A stretch of 64,000 bases of DNA from Terriglobia bacterium (GCA_965223005.1 CBDCVK010000009.1:51386-115385); one strand, 5' to 3'; shown: positions 34,094 through 47,619, counted from the first letter of the stretch. Numbers and translations: made by a program. Notes: a model not told the origin generated them from the sequence alone.

Positions 34094-35698
34094 CTAGTGC
34101 TCGATTGCTTTCTCGGCACCGAGGCCCGTGTTCGCGCGGACGCTGAGCTCGATGTATTTCTCCTCAGCCGACGGCTCTTTCGAGAGAACCGATCCCATAT
34201 ACGCCGCCAAGAAGCCCAGCGGAATGCTCACGATGCCGGGATTCTTCAGCGGGTACAACGTCGGCGCCTGAATCATCCGGCGCGCGGCTTCGGCGACCTC
34301 CGGCCCGTCGACCCCCATGAAGCTCGGGCTCACCAGGATCAGCCCGATCGAGGAGAACAACCCGGCCGCCAAACCCCATACCGCCCCGCGGGTTGTGAAC
34401 TTGCTCCAATAAACCGAGAACAGGATGACCGGCAAGTTCGCCGACGCCGCCACCGCGAACGCCAGTCCCACCAGAAACGCCACGTTCGCCCCCGGGCCCA
34501 ACCCGATGGCAATTGCGATGGACACCGCGCCGACGACGAGCGCCGTCCAGCGCGCCACACGCACCTCTTCGCCCGGCGAGCGCTCTTTGCCGTGATGGAT
34601 CACGTTCGTGTAGAAGTCGTGGGCGAACGAAGTCGAGGCGCTGATGGTCAACCCGGCCACTACGGCCAGAATCGTCGCGAACGCCACGGCCGAGATGAAA
34701 GCGAAGAAGACGTCGCCGGCCAGCGCCTGCGCCAGCAACGGGGCACTCATGTTGATGCCGCCGTTTTCCGAGATCGCATTGCGTCCGACGATCGTCGCCG
34801 CGCCGAAGCCCAGGAACGTCGTCATGATGTAGAAGGCGCCGATCAGCAGCATCGCCCAGAAAACGCTCACTCGGGCGGTCTTGGCGTCCGGTACGGTGTA
34901 AAAGCGAATGAGGATATGAGGCAGCCCGGCAGTGCCGAAGATCAGCGCCATTCCCAGCGAAATCAGATCGAGCGCACCGTAGGGCGGCTTGTAGTAGAGC
35001 CCAGGTGTCAGGAAGTTTTCTGTGACGGTTTGTCCGCCGGCCTGGTAGGTGACGCGGCTGGTGGCCTCGAAGAACGCGCCGAGGTCGAAGCCGAAGTGGC
35101 CGAGCACGAGAACACTCATCAGGAAAGTACCGCTCATCAGCAGGACAGCTTTGACAATTTGCACCCAGGTCGTCGCCAGCATCCCGCCGAAGACGACGTA
35201 GACGATCATGAGGATGCCGACGCCGGTCACAGCGCCCGTAAAGCTGATCCCGGAATCGGCTAGCAGAAGGCTCACCAGCGCACCCGCGCCCACCATCTGG
35301 GCGATCATGTAGAACGTGGAAACGGTCAGCGTGCTCAGCGATGCCCAGGCCCTTACCGGACGCGCTCGGAGCCGGTAGGCAAGTACGTCGGCCATGGTGT
35401 ATTTCCCGGCGTTCCGTAGCGGCTCGGCGACGACGAACAGCACGGTCAGGTAGGCGACCAAAAAGCCGACCGAATACATGAAGCCGTCGTAGCCGTAGAA
35501 GGCGATCAGCCCGGCAATCCCCAAAAACGATGCCGCGCTCATGTAGTCGCCCGAGATGGCGAGCCCGTTCTGCCAGCCTGTGATGCGCCTGCCGGCGGCG
35601 AAGTAGGCGCTCTCGCCCGAGGATCTGCCCGCGGCCCAATAGGTGATTCCGAGGGTGGCGGCGATGAACGTCAGAAACATCAGCAGCGATAGTGACAT
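34094..35698 (-). CDS. actP: Cation/acetate symporter (SSS family)
   Basis: NGLAISGDYMSAASFLG, EPLRNAGKYTMADV, GTAGLPHILIRFYTVP, AVAFATILAVVAGL. Confidence 0.9.
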   Translation of the reverse strand: MSLSLLMFLTFIAATLGITYWAAGRSSGESAYFAAGRRITGWQNGLAISGDYMSAASFLGIAGLIAFYGYDGFMYSVGFLVAYLTVLFVVAEPLRNAGKYTMADVLAYRLRARPVRAWASLSTLTVSTFYMIAQMVGAGALVSLLLADSGISFTGAVTGVGILMIVYVVFGGMLATTWVQIVKAVLLMSGTFLMSVLVLGHFGFDLGAFFEATSRVTYQAGGQTVTENFLTPGLYYKPPYGALDLISLGMALIFGTAGLPHILIRFYTVPDAKTARVSVFWAMLLIGAFYIMTTFLGFGAATIVGRNAISENGGINMSAPLLAQALAGDVFFAFISAVAFATILAVVAGLTISASTSFAHDFYTNVIHHGKERSPGEEVRVARWTALVVGAVSIAIAIGLGPGANVAFLVGLAFAVAASANLPVILFSVYWSKFTTRGAVWGLAAGLFSSIGLILVSPSFMGVDGPEVAEAARRMIQAPTLYPLKNPGIVSIPLGFLAAYMGSVLSKEPSAEEKYIELSVRANTGLGAEKAIEH

Positions 35699-35699
35699 T

Positions 35700-36029
35700 T
35701 CATTCATCCCCTTCGCCGTCGGCGGCCTCGTTGGCGATGGCCTTGTCAGCCAGGATCTTCTCGGACATTCGGTCAAACCGCCTGGCGATGCGCATGTAGA
35801 GATACGCCAGCGCCCAGGCCATCAAGAACTGCGAAAACGCAAACAGGTAGGCCCAGTTGACGACGCCCCACACCTGGCGCTCCATCAGCTCCGGCCAGTA
35901 GCCGACCAGCACCGGCAGCGCGAAGTAGAAAATGACGAAGAACGCCGTCGCGGATACGATGAAACGCGTTTTCTGGGCGATCATCCGCCTATAGTCAGGC
36001 GAGTTGTGGATACGGTCCCATTGGTTCAT
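35700..36029 (-). CDS. DUF485/YjcH-like membrane protein
   Basis: Two TMs, directly upstream of actP as in the known yjcH-actP pair. Confidence 0.85.
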   Translation of the reverse strand: MNQWDRIHNSPDYRRMIAQKTRFIVSATAFFVIFYFALPVLVGYWPELMERQVWGVVNWAYLFAFSQFLMAWALAYLYMRIARRFDRMSEKILADKAIANEAADGEGDE

Positions 36030-36969
36030 GGCGAAGCGCTAAGGATAACTTTCTTCCATTTCGACCGCGAGGAAACTGGAGAGAAGGCCCTCCGCGGAAA
36101 GATAGAAGCGCTGCTACAGAGGACTAATCTGCAGCAGCTACAGCAGGGATATAGGATACTGAAGGCGCTTCTCGGCCCTAAACCAGTTCACTTATCTTGA
36201 TCGCGGATGATATACCATCCAGTCGGTGCCTGTTGCCGCTTTTGTTGGCAGCCCTTGCGTTAGTCGGAATCCTCCACAAAGTCGCCTGGGCGACCTCCTC
36301 GTTTGGACCGACGACCAAAATAGCGTGGCTTGCAGATGAAAGCGCATAAGAATAATTCAAGGGTATCCTAGCTGAGTTTGCAAGATGAAGGAGTCGTTCA
36401 CGAATCAGCGCCTGACACGGCCGCGAGAAACCCTCAGCTACCTGCTAGTGCCCCAGCAATCGCAAGGGTGCCCCAGGAGCTTGCATCCGTTGCGGCAACG
36501 ATAGCCCCGTCATCGAACTCGATCTCCACGCTCAGCTGCACCTCGATAGCTCCGTCGTCCGCGGCACCCTTTCGAAGTCAATTTCAGATCCTATGGGCGG
36601 AAACATACTCCCTTGCCGTCGATCTTATCCTTCAGATCGATGTGCGCCATTTCCGGACAGAACCGGCAGGTCTTCGTAGGGCAAGGTATCGCCGAAATAG
36701 ATGCAGTTGGCGGTATCGTAGTTATCTTAACGTTTGGGTCATTGACCGCAGCGAACCGTGGCCAAAGGAGTTTGCCGTTGCAGTGTGCTTGCCAACTTCC
36801 AGGATCGTGACACCGTTTTTTCGGGCATGTCCGCCACCTCCGGTTGGCCAGAAACGGGGGGTCCTCTTCCAGGCCGGCTCCGCCGGTGTACTCAACAACC
36901 CCGGGAGCTTTGGACGCAAGGCTGATGAGTTTCTTGGTCGCCGACGGTCATCATCATGTTGCAGAGAAT

Positions 36970-38244
36970 CCCTTTCAACCGGGTATCGAAGCTTGGCTGG
37001 AGGGGGCCGTCGCATGTCGAGGCACGTCTTTGACCCTCTCTCCGAGGTGTTGGCTGCGAGGCGGGCGAGAATCCAGTAATTCAGGCAGTTGCCTGTCCCG
37101 GAGGCAGCACTTCACGGTGGACTTGCGGACGCTGTCTGGAGGTCTAATCTCGTGGGCGAGCTTCCCCCAGAAGATGCTTTCAGAGTGAATCGGACGCCCG
37201 CCCGGAGGGGCCATTTTGGCTGCCGGAGTCGATGCGGAACAGTTCGCCTGCCCAATCCCACGGTCCGGGACTTCCACCAAACCCTCTCTCCTGGGTCGAG
37301 AAGCTGGAGCCAACGAATCGTTCGCACCAGCTCTGACGCTCAGACCCGGAGCGCTCGGCTGCCGCCCGGAAGCTGGCAAAGGCGAAGGAGGCCAAGCTGA
37401 GCTACGCCGGGCACGTGCTGATGGAGTTCGACCGCAACGGGCTGGTGGTGAACCGCCTGTGCCGGCTGATCCAGGCCACCGGCACCGCCGAGCGGGAAGC
37501 GGCCGTGGAGATTGGTGGAACCCCACGCGACAGTTCCGGGCCCGCCGTCAGCAGCGTCCAACGGCTGCCTGGTGCCGACCAGAACTACGACTGGCGCGAA
37601 GCGATGGTGCAGCTGTCGTTGCCGGGATGCGGAAGGCCACGCCGCACGTGGCGCAGAACCAGGAACGGCGGCGCAGTGCTACTTCTTGACAGCCGGACTC
37701 ACACGAAGTTCTTCCCAATCCCGGGTTACCAGATCAGCCAGAGTCACCCTCGCGCTGGCAAGAACGGGTGGAAGACTCGAGTTGTCGCTCTGATGGATGA
37801 AGACCGGTCGGGTGTGCTGTCCGGAACCCGGCTGCGGCATCCGGGGCCTGTTGATCGCTGCGCAAGGTCGTCTTGCGTCAGGATCTGTCTCACCTGTAAC
37901 GGCTGCTGCGCCCGTTCAATCCTGAACCGATCCGGAATTCGCAACTTGGTGAGCCGCTCGGGGCCGTATCCTGCCGCGGGTAGATGGTGCCGGCTGAAGT
38001 CAGTTGAGGGGCCGTTCTTCCCCTGAGGAGTCGAGTGTGTCCAAAGGACGAACCCCAAACGGGCTGGGAGTTTTTCAGAGGCGGAAGCTGATTCGCGACA
38101 AGGCCCGCAAACCGGGGCCAATAGCCGAGGTGTCACTACGAAGGCAATGTTGATGCTGGAACCGGCTCAACGTTGGAGAAAAGGTTGCCGGCCGACAGGA
38201 TAAACGCTTGACTGACCTTTTTTGGCCGCTTTTTCAGCACCCTG
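36970..38244 (+). mobile_element. Heavily decayed IS5/IS1182-like element
   Basis: Frameshifted motifs HFTVD, EAKLSYAGHVLME, QATGTAEREAA, GADQNYD, TPHVAQN, PGYQISQ; end TTTTTCAGCACCCTG followed by CTAG. Confidence 0.7.
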
Positions 38245-38388
38245 CTAGACCGCATAGGACCTGGGTCCTCCGTCTTTGGTCCCGATAACTGCCTTTCACC
38301 ATCCAGGCAGAAGATAGGTAAACGCTAACCCGTTTGTAGCGACTATCGGCCTTGTTCGCGAGGTCTACTTCCCCGAAGGGAATCCAGG

Positions 38389-38422
38389 CACTTGTCCGGT
38401 TAGCGCGTTATACGTCAAAGTG
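38389..38422 (+). repeat. 34-bp site A2
   Basis: CACTTGTCCGGTTA GCGCGT TATACGTCAAAGTG. Confidence 0.9.
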
Positions 38423-38877
38423 GCCTGCGTGCAGCATAGGTAAAAGCTAACCGCGGCTGAACTAGATTAGCAAACGTAGTGGTGTTGACCTCATTATCAA
38501 TCACGCCTCCGGCCACGATAAAAACCGCCCCCCGGCGGTAGAATTCAGCAAGTGGAGGTTGAAAGACAACACTGAACATCTTGATTCACATGTGTCATGG
38601 GGACTGTAGGGGATGAACTCAAATCGGAAATTCCGCCTCAAGGCTACCGGAAGCCCGTTGAGCCCCATTATCACGCAGTTCACCTATATGCAGTATCTTT
38701 ACGGTGACCGAAGAGTCATACTTGATATGTTCTTATGATGGCGGTGGGTTCGACCAATTAAGATCGGCTCTATTTCTTTTGTAAAAACCTCCCTTAAGAA
38801 TTGCGGTTTCAAGGGATTTCCCTGTGGAGAAACTTTGCATTGACTAACGTGTTTAGCGCCTCAGGAGGCAATGTGGC

Positions 38878-39094
38878 AATGATGGCCGCTGGGATTGCGT
38901 CTGCGGTCGACGATGTCCGCGGTTACGGGCCAGAAGTCGTCGAACGGCTTAGGGGGGCTTTGGAACAAAACTGCCCGGCCCGGCCAGATCCCCGCCATCC
39001 CTACCTGTTCGTCCTGGAGTGGGCGGGCGAGAGTTTCTATATCGCTCATCCTCCCACCGGGAAGATCCTGCTGCTGGCGCGCTGGCCGAGCTGA
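38878..39094 (+). CDS. Small hypothetical protein
   Basis: AGGAGG RBS upstream; about 70 aa. Confidence 0.5.
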
Positions 39095-39280
39095 GGCGGA
39101 CGGGTAGCGTTCAGGCAGCCTGTCAGCTATCACCCTGCCGAGACACAAACAGCCTGCTGGTTAATTCCAGGTTCAAATCTTCTGGGGTTTTTGGATGAGG
39201 ATGATTGGGCCGCCCTGGGACCAAGGAGGAAGCCGTCGGACGTCAGAATCACTTGGGCGAAGCGGCCGAAGCCGAGCCAA

Positions 39281-39490
39281 ATGCCATCCCGCGTCTTCAA
39301 GTGCGAAAGCTGTGGCATCTGCACGTCTCTCCTCATTCATGATGACCAATCGCCAGAAGGTATGAAGGAAAACCCTGTCGAGAAATACTGCCCTACGTGC
39401 CGGAGGTTGAGGAACTGGAGCTTTGTCTTCCCGGAACGGCGTAGCGGGCCACGTCGAAGGAGCGACCTGGATCGGCGCCGGGCAGAGTAG
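39281..39490 (+). CDS. Small zinc-ribbon protein with ERR/DRR tail
   Basis: CESC...CPTC then [15 protein letters not shown]. Confidence 0.6.
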   Translation: MPSRVFKCESCGICTSLLIHDDQSPEGMKENPVEKYCPTCRRLRNWSFVFPERRSGPRRRSDLDRRRAE

Positions 39491-39552
39491 ACAACAGTCT
39501 GCCAGTCGGCCCACCTCTGGCCGGCGGCGTTCTGGAGAGGAGTTGGCAGGTT

Positions 39553-41256
<1,704 letters not shown>

Positions 41257-41379
41257 CCCTGTCCAGTCTGGTAGTCTCCTTCACCCGCTCTTGCTTGTGC
41301 CAGGCGCGCCCCTGAGCCGGTCAACGCGCATCGGCTCCCGTCCCTAGCCAAGCCGTGGAAGCGGGCCTCGACCAAGTTC

Positions 41380-41413
41380 CACATGGACGTATAGTCGGCT
41401 ATCCGGACAAGTG
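41380..41413 (-). repeat. 34-bp site B2
   Basis: Minus strand CACTTGTCCGGATA GCCGAC TATACGTCCATGTG. Confidence 0.9.
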
Positions 41414-41441
41414 ACCCTCTACGCCCGCCAGGGTAGTGGGT

Positions 41442-41474
41442 CAGTTTCCGATAAGGCGTTATACATCCAAAGTG
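41442..41474 (+). repeat. Degenerate class-A site A3
   Basis: CAGTTTCCGATA AGGCGT TATACATCCAAAGTG; downstream flank (CACCGCTGAGCGGG...ATCATTTCCG) matches that of A1. Confidence 0.7.
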
Positions 41475-41628
41475 GCACACCGCTGAGCGGGCGGAGGTAA
41501 CATCATTTCCGAGTGCGCCGTGACACGATCGGAATCATCGAAACTGGCGATGCGGCCGGTATGCCTGTTCAGGCTATCACAATGGCGGTGAGGCAACTCG
41601 TCCGGTGCAGCGTATTGTTATACGGCCG

Positions 41629-42120
41629 TCACAAACCTAGCTCGGCGCGGGAGGCGGTTAGTTTACCGGCAGTACTTACCCCGTGAATGCCTATTAACCA
41701 AACGGCGAAGCTGACAATTTCTATGCGAGCCGTCTCCGGAGACGTCACACTTAGGCCGGAGCTCCACCATCCAATCGTCTTCGCAATTTGACCGACTACA
41801 CAATCGTCTTCCCATATGTCGTGATGTAAGATCAGGCCCTTTCGACGAGGTTTGAGCAGCCAAGAACGAGTATCGAAACTCACCGTCAACGTTAATCGAG
41901 GACCGGTGCCTTGTCTTTGAGAACTAGCGATGGAGATTCCGCTCTCCTCCAAAATCCATTTCCCCCGACCATTAGCACGAACAAAATAGCGCTTTTTCTC
42001 GATCAAGAGGCTGGCGTGTCTCCAATCGTCGAACTGCATGAAGCAAACAACTGAGTCCTTGTCCAATAGCTCATAATCTTTCGAGAATAATCCACCTTTT
42101 CTTCTAAGCAATAAGCTCAT
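41629..42120 (-). CDS. Hypothetical protein (beta-rich, lower GC)
   Basis: ORF, probable start MSLLLRRKGGLFSKDY. Confidence 0.6.
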   Translation of the reverse strand: MSLLLRRKGGLFSKDYELLDKDSVVCFMQFDDWRHASLLIEKKRYFVRANGRGKWILEESGISIASSQRQGTGPRLTLTVSFDTRSWLLKPRRKGLILHHDIWEDDCVVGQIAKTIGWWSSGLSVTSPETARIEIVSFAVWLIGIHGVSTAGKLTASRAELGL

Positions 42121-42637
42121 TGTGCAGGCAACAATCTCGACGGCGGGGCCCTTCACTTATTAATAAGGCTTCCTGAGTGTCACTGCTACCCAGCCAATGC
42201 TCTGAAGCCAGGGTTAGGACAAAAACATCGCTCCAAGTAGAATGGCTCCAAACCCTCTTCCGTTGCCACCTGTGCCCCTCAGGGGAACTGAGAACGCGGA
42301 TGGTAAGTAGAGAAATCAATCCCCCCTGCCGACAACCTACGCTCCCCCCAGGAGCTAGTCAAGAACGGACCAGCGTGGCCTTTATTAGGGGTCGGGGAGG
42401 GGTGATCCTGGCGGGCACCACTTTGGGACTCCCGCTTTCTCTAGGGTTGGCTATAGTGCCGATTCTCAGTCTAGGAACTACCAGTGCAGTCCAGCTGTGT
42501 CAGGGGTGTAGTGGGCCTTTCTGCGCTGTGGGGCATTCCTAGGAAACTAGCAGAGAAACCCGGATTGGAAATTGGGAACCTTAGGGGGAGCTGAACCGTG
42601 ACCGCAGCCTCCGCCTTCGCTGCGGTAAGATTACCTC

Positions 42638-43318
42638 ATGGAAAGTTTTCCGTCCCGCCGTGTCCTAGAGACTCTCCTGTCGCGAGAACCGCGAGAGTAC
42701 AGCCTGGAAGTCGGGGCATTCTCCGTCTTGACGATTCTGGGGATTTCCCTGCTAGCCTGGCAGAACGGAGCGGCTCTCCTGCCGACTCTTGCCGCCACTT
42801 CGGAAGGGGCTCTAGAGGAACATGAATACTGGAGACTGCTGACGGCCATAGCCGTGCACACGGACATGGCGCACTTTTTCTCCAACGCCATCTTCCTCGC
42901 CTTCTTCAGCTATCTGCTCTTTGGATACTTCGGCTTCTGGGTCTTCCCGGTTCTGGGTCTGGCTCTGGCCGGGTTGACTAACTACCTTTCCCTGCTGACC
43001 TATCCTCCCGAGGTCAGCTTGGTGGGAGCGTCAGGATTGGTCTATTGGATGGTGGGTTTCTGGCTGAGCATGAACCTGCTCGTGGATCGCAGAGTGGGTC
43101 TCGGGAAGCGGGTCGTGCGGGCGGTAGGCATCATACTGGTGGTCCTGTGGCCGTCGACGCTTCAGGAAAACGTCAGCTACCGGACCCACGCCATCGGTTT
43201 CGGACTAGGTGCGGTCTCGGCATTCGTCTATTTCCGGCGGAATCGCGAGTCCATCCGGGCGGCGGAGGTCGTGGAAGTGGAAGACCCGTTCGACTATCCC
43301 GATACCACAGCCTCCTAG
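42638..43318 (+). CDS. Rhomboid-family intramembrane serine protease
   Basis: YWRLLTA..VH...HF.SN, GASG, catalytic H in RTHAIGF. Confidence 0.88.
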   Translation: MESFPSRRVLETLLSREPREYSLEVGAFSVLTILGISLLAWQNGAALLPTLAATSEGALEEHEYWRLLTAIAVHTDMAHFFSNAIFLAFFSYLLFGYFGFWVFPVLGLALAGLTNYLSLLTYPPEVSLVGASGLVYWMVGFWLSMNLLVDRRVGLGKRVVRAVGIILVVLWPSTLQENVSYRTHAIGFGLGAVSAFVYFRRNRESIRAAEVVEVEDPFDYPDTTAS

Positions 43319-43640
43319 CAAGGGGCAGGTGGTGATCCTAGGCGACCCCGCTCCGGGACTCGCGCTTCTTCTCTACTTAAAGGTTTAATTCAAGCGGTAC
43401 GAATACGTTAGGAGTGGTGGTTACAAGGCCAGCCGTAGTCGAATGGTTGGCGATGCAACCACCTCATATCGCCCCTGAACGCAAACCTGCCTGCGCCGCA
43501 AAGTCCAGACGCAGGTATAAGTTGCGGGGAGCCGCAATGAAATAACCCGCAGCCATGCGGGATCATGGGTAAACGCTAGCCCGTTTGTGGGGACCATCGG
43601 CCTCGTGCGCCAGGACCTAACTTCCCCGAAGGAATCCAGG

Positions 43641-43674
43641 CACTTGTCCGGTTAGCGCGTTATACGTCCAAGTG
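43641..43674 (+). repeat. 34-bp site A4
   Basis: CACTTGTCCGGTTA GCGCGT TATACGTCCAAGTG. Confidence 0.9.
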
Positions 43675-43830
43675 GCGCACTGCTGTGGGCGCACCGCCGA
43701 AAATGCGCCGCAGATCTGTGGGAGTTCCCTCTTGAAAGGACTACTAAACGCTAACCGACTTGTGGAGACTAATCTGCCGAATGTGAGGCAACTCCTGCCG
43801 TATCAAAGAATTACATCGCCGGCGACGGCC

Positions 43831-46800
43831 TCAGGGTGCTTGGGCCGGGATGGTGACGGACTTATCCGGGTTGGCAACAATCCCGTTCTGCGTCAGGACC
43901 ACCGGGACGGCGCCCGTCGCAACGCCGGCGGGCACCACTGCGTTCACTTGGTAGAGACCCACAAAGCCCGGCGCCAGCCCCTGGTAGGCTATCCCGGCGT
44001 CGATCCCTCCAATGGTCACCGTCACCGGCAGTTGCACGGTGCTGAACGAGGGCGCGGGGGCTCCCGTTTCCACCTGCTCCTGCACCGCGCCCAGACCGGT
44101 GGCGAAAATCTGAATGGTGTCTCCGGCGCGGACCGGGTTCTGCGCCGTCACCAGTTGGAACGAGGCGTCCAGAATGGCGGCGTTTTCGCCGGCGATGAAG
44201 ATGCCTGGCTGCACGGGCGCAATCAAATAGTTCTGCGGCGCGGTCAGTAGGCCACCCACACTGGTCGTGACCGGAACGCTATCGCCCGGGCTCACCTCGA
44301 ACGGCACCTGCGCGTTGATCTGCCCCGGGCCGACGAAATACAGTGGCGCATCCTGGCTGCCGATGCGCACGCTCACCCCGGCCAGCTCCCGCTCCAGCGG
44401 GAGCTGGGTCGCGAAACTGTTCTCGTTCGCGAAGCGCGCTCCAAACAAGGAGATGATGCCGCCGGGAGACAGCGGCCGCCGCTTGGTGAAGCCGGCCCCT
44501 TCCACCACCCCATCGGCGAACAACGACGGCAAACTCACATCGCCCGGCGCAGCCGCCGTCGAAACCGTAAAGGAGCGCTGCACCTGGGCAAAGTCAGGAT
44601 GCAGAGCGTCAAGGGTGAGCCTCACCGGGGCCGCCTCGCTTTGCGGCACCCAGGTGCCGCTGTAGAAGCCGGTCCTCAGAGAGCGCAACGGGATGTTCAG
44701 GCCTTCCACGCTGGCTACCAGCGTAGCGTTGTTTACGGCGCTGCCGCAGTCGTCCACCACCAACGCGGTGAGCACACGGGGAAAGGAAACCGGCAGGCTC
44801 AGTCCGTTGCCGACGGTAGTAGCCAGCAGGTGCAGGCCCGATGGAGCGCACTGGGCCGCATCTGGCAGACCCGCCTGCGTCTGCAGCGCCGTGCCCGGCG
44901 GCGTCACGATCAGCAGTACTTCCACTTCCTGCGGCCCACCGGAGGAGAAGCTGCCGTTGACGGTCCCACGGTAGACGCCCGGCGCTAGCCCCAGCGGATT
45001 TACCGACACCTGCGTCGGGAACGGACCGCCCGATGCGGTCCCGCTCGATGGATTTACCATCAGCCAGTCTCCGCCGGAACTAGTCGCAGCCGCAAAATCA
45101 GCCGTGAGGGTTCCTCCCCCGGTGTTGTTCACCGTCAGGTCCTGCTCACCCGGCACAGTGCCCGACTGCTGTAGAGTGACGCCCTGCTCGGCGACGAACA
45201 GCATCCCATTGGGGCTCAGGTCTGCCGAAGCAGCTGTGCTTGTTGACACGACGTTCAGCGTCGCCGTGAACAGTTGCGGAGCGTTACTTGCTCCCGGGGC
45301 GGATACGGTCACTAGTACCTGGTTTATGCGGGAAGCCTCACCCGTCAGATCCGCTGTCAGGGTGACCAGCGAAGACGAGCCCGCCCCTGCCGTTCCCGAC
45401 TGCGGGGAAGCCGTGAGCCACGAAGGGAGCTCCGAAAGCGACCAGTTCAACGTTGCCGTTCCTTGGTTGAATACCGTAAGGCTCTGCGGAGGAGGAGGCC
45501 AGTTGGTCACCCCCTGGAACACGAATGCCGTCTGGCTCAACGACAGCCGGGCTACGGGAGCGCTCAAGACCGCCGTCACCTGAACTGCAATCGAAGAGCC
45601 CGTCGCTGTATCGGTCACCGTAATCTCCGCCTGGAACACTCCGGCGCCGCCCAGTGCGCTGTAGTTGACCTCCGCGATCACAATCGCTGGCTGCGCCAGG
45701 GTGGCGGTGCCCGAACTGGGGGAAACGGTGAGCCAGCCGGTTCCATTCAGCAGCGAGACCGTTGCTGTCCAGTTCACTGGCTCGCCATCGCTACCAATTT
45801 GCAAGCCCTGGCGCGCAGGCGGGTCTCCCACAGTCGCGGAAAAGCCCAGCACTCGGGGGCCCACGGTCAAGGCGGAAACCTGCGGCGTTCCTGCCTGGAT
45901 CACCGTGGTGGGCTGCCAGGTGGCAGCTCCGTCTGTACTCTTGAAAACACCGCTGCCGAAGGTGCCAACGTAAATGGTCGCCGGGTTGGCCGGATCGATG
46001 GCCAGGGGGACAACAAATACGCCCGTTAGGCCCGGGAACGTAAGCATAGACGCTAGGCCGGAGTTGGCAGTGGCCCAGCTCCTGCCCCCATCGATGCTCT
46101 TGAAGACACCGCCACTAATGGTCCCAGAATAGAGAGTGTCAGGGCTGGCCGGATCGATGCCCAGCGAATAAACAGTGGAGGAGCCTTTTGAAAAGCTCCC
46201 GTCGGGAGCTGGAACAAGCGGAATGTCGGAATGGGCCGCAGTCCAGCTCGCTCCGCCGTCGGTGGTCTTGAAAACCCCTGTGGAGCCGGATCCGCCCGGA
46301 ATACCAGTTCCGGCATAAACCGTCGCAGGGTTGGTGGGATCAACGGCCAGGGCTGTAACCAGTGCGTTCCGAATTCCGGAATTGGCGGCAATCCAACTCT
46401 GGCCGCTATTCGTGCTTTTGAAAACACCATTCCCTGTCCCCGCATAGAGCGTGCCGGGGCTGGAGACATCGAGAGCCAGCGCGGGAACAACTGCTGCCGC
46501 TAGGCCGGAGTTGATGGCTGCCCAGCTTTGGCCCCCGGTGCTGCTTTTGAACACGCCCTTGCCAAAAGTTCCTGCATAGATCGTTGCGGGGCTAGCCGGA
46601 TCGAGAACCAGCGCGAAAACAGACGTGGGTGTAAGGTCGAAGTTGACGGCAGTCCAGCTCTGGCCCCCGTCGGTGCTCTTGAAGACACCATCAGTCAATT
46701 CCCCCGCAGTAACACCAGCATAGACCGTGGCTGGGTTGGAGGGATCGATGGCCAAAGAGGTAACAACTGGGAGAATTCCAGGAATTCCAAATAATGCGAC

Positions 46801-47619
46801 AGCCGGAAGGCCGGAGCTGGCGGCGGTCCAGTTCTGGCCCCCGTTGGTGCTTTTGAAAACACCGTTAGCCAAGGTGCCTGCATAGAGCGTGGTGGAGTTG
46901 GAGGGATCGATAGCTAAAGTGAGGACAATTGCCGCGGGTAAGTCCTCGATAACATCGACAGCAGTTAGGCCAGAGTTGACGGCGGTCCAGCTCTGGCCGC
47001 CGTTGGTGCTCTTGAAGATACCATCGCCCGTCCCGGCATAGAGAATGGCGGGATCGGAGGGATCGATGACCATGGCCAGGACAGGCGTGTTGAACAGGAC
47101 GGAATTGGTCCAACTGGCTCCACCGTCCGTACTCTTGAATACACCGTCAGTCGAGGTTCCAAAGACCCCAGCATAGATCGTGTCGGGGCTGGACGGATCG
47201 ATGGCGAGAGCAGAAACAATTGGAGGAATTGAAGGAAATGAGATAACCGGAAGGCCGGAGTTTGCGGCAGTCCAGCTCTGGCCGCCGTCTATGCTCTTGA
47301 AGACACCACCGCCAATAGTCCCAGCGTAGAGCGTGTTCGGCCTCGTTGGATCAATCGCCAGCGAGGTAACAATCCTACTCGTGAGGCCAAAGTTGACGGC
47401 AGTCCAGCTCTGGCCGCCGTCGGTGCTCTTGAAGACACCACCGCCAATAGTCCCAGCATATAGGGTAGCCGGGCTAGCCGGATCAATCGCGATCGCCACA
47501 ACAATTCCGCCCGGCGGGCCGCCACCTTGGGTAACGGGAGCGCCGGTATCCTGTGCCAACGCCTCCGGCGCGACAAGCGCAAGGAAGAGAACAACTACAA
47601 GCAGAGCCAATCGCGTCAT
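43831..47619 (-). CDS. Large secreted protein: Asp-box/BNR beta-propeller repeats, BACON-like domains, TIGR03437-like C-terminus
   Basis: Signal peptide, about 11 GVFKSTDGGQSW repeats, WLTVSPSSG repeats, YQGLAPGFVGLYQVN. Confidence 0.85.
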   Translation of the reverse strand: MTRLALLVVVLFLALVAPEALAQDTGAPVTQGGGPPGGIVVAIAIDPASPATLYAGTIGGGVFKSTDGGQSWTAVNFGLTSRIVTSLAIDPTRPNTLYAGTIGGGVFKSIDGGQSWTAANSGLPVISFPSIPPIVSALAIDPSSPDTIYAGVFGTSTDGVFKSTDGGASWTNSVLFNTPVLAMVIDPSDPAILYAGTGDGIFKSTNGGQSWTAVNSGLTAVDVIEDLPAAIVLTLAIDPSNSTTLYAGTLANGVFKSTNGGQNWTAASSGLPAVALFGIPGILPVVTSLAIDPSNPATVYAGVTAGELTDGVFKSTDGGQSWTAVNFDLTPTSVFALVLDPASPATIYAGTFGKGVFKSSTGGQSWAAINSGLAAAVVPALALDVSSPGTLYAGTGNGVFKSTNSGQSWIAANSGIRNALVTALAVDPTNPATVYAGTGIPGGSGSTGVFKTTDGGASWTAAHSDIPLVPAPDGSFSKGSSTVYSLGIDPASPDTLYSGTISGGVFKSIDGGRSWATANSGLASMLTFPGLTGVFVVPLAIDPANPATIYVGTFGSGVFKSTDGAATWQPTTVIQAGTPQVSALTVGPRVLGFSATVGDPPARQGLQIGSDGEPVNWTATVSLLNGTGWLTVSPSSGTATLAQPAIVIAEVNYSALGGAGVFQAEITVTDTATGSSIAVQVTAVLSAPVARLSLSQTAFVFQGVTNWPPPPQSLTVFNQGTATLNWSLSELPSWLTASPQSGTAGAGSSSLVTLTADLTGEASRINQVLVTVSAPGASNAPQLFTATLNVVSTSTAASADLSPNGMLFVAEQGVTLQQSGTVPGEQDLTVNNTGGGTLTADFAAATSSGGDWLMVNPSSGTASGGPFPTQVSVNPLGLAPGVYRGTVNGSFSSGGPQEVEVLLIVTPPGTALQTQAGLPDAAQCAPSGLHLLATTVGNGLSLPVSFPRVLTALVVDDCGSAVNNATLVASVEGLNIPLRSLRTGFYSGTWVPQSEAAPVRLTLDALHPDFAQVQRSFTVSTAAAPGDVSLPSLFADGVVEGAGFTKRRPLSPGGIISLFGARFANENSFATQLPLERELAGVSVRIGSQDAPLYFVGPGQINAQVPFEVSPGDSVPVTTSVGGLLTAPQNYLIAPVQPGIFIAGENAAILDASFQLVTAQNPVRAGDTIQIFATGLGAVQEQVETGAPAPSFSTVQLPVTVTIGGIDAGIAYQGLAPGFVGLYQVNAVVPAGVATGAVPVVLTQNGIVANPDKSVTIPAQAP

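Noticed and set aside
36040-36960. ORFs 36178-36360 and 36378-37079 as genes
   Set aside because: No recognisable motifs; the minus strand looks like a stop-riddled remnant that I cannot assign
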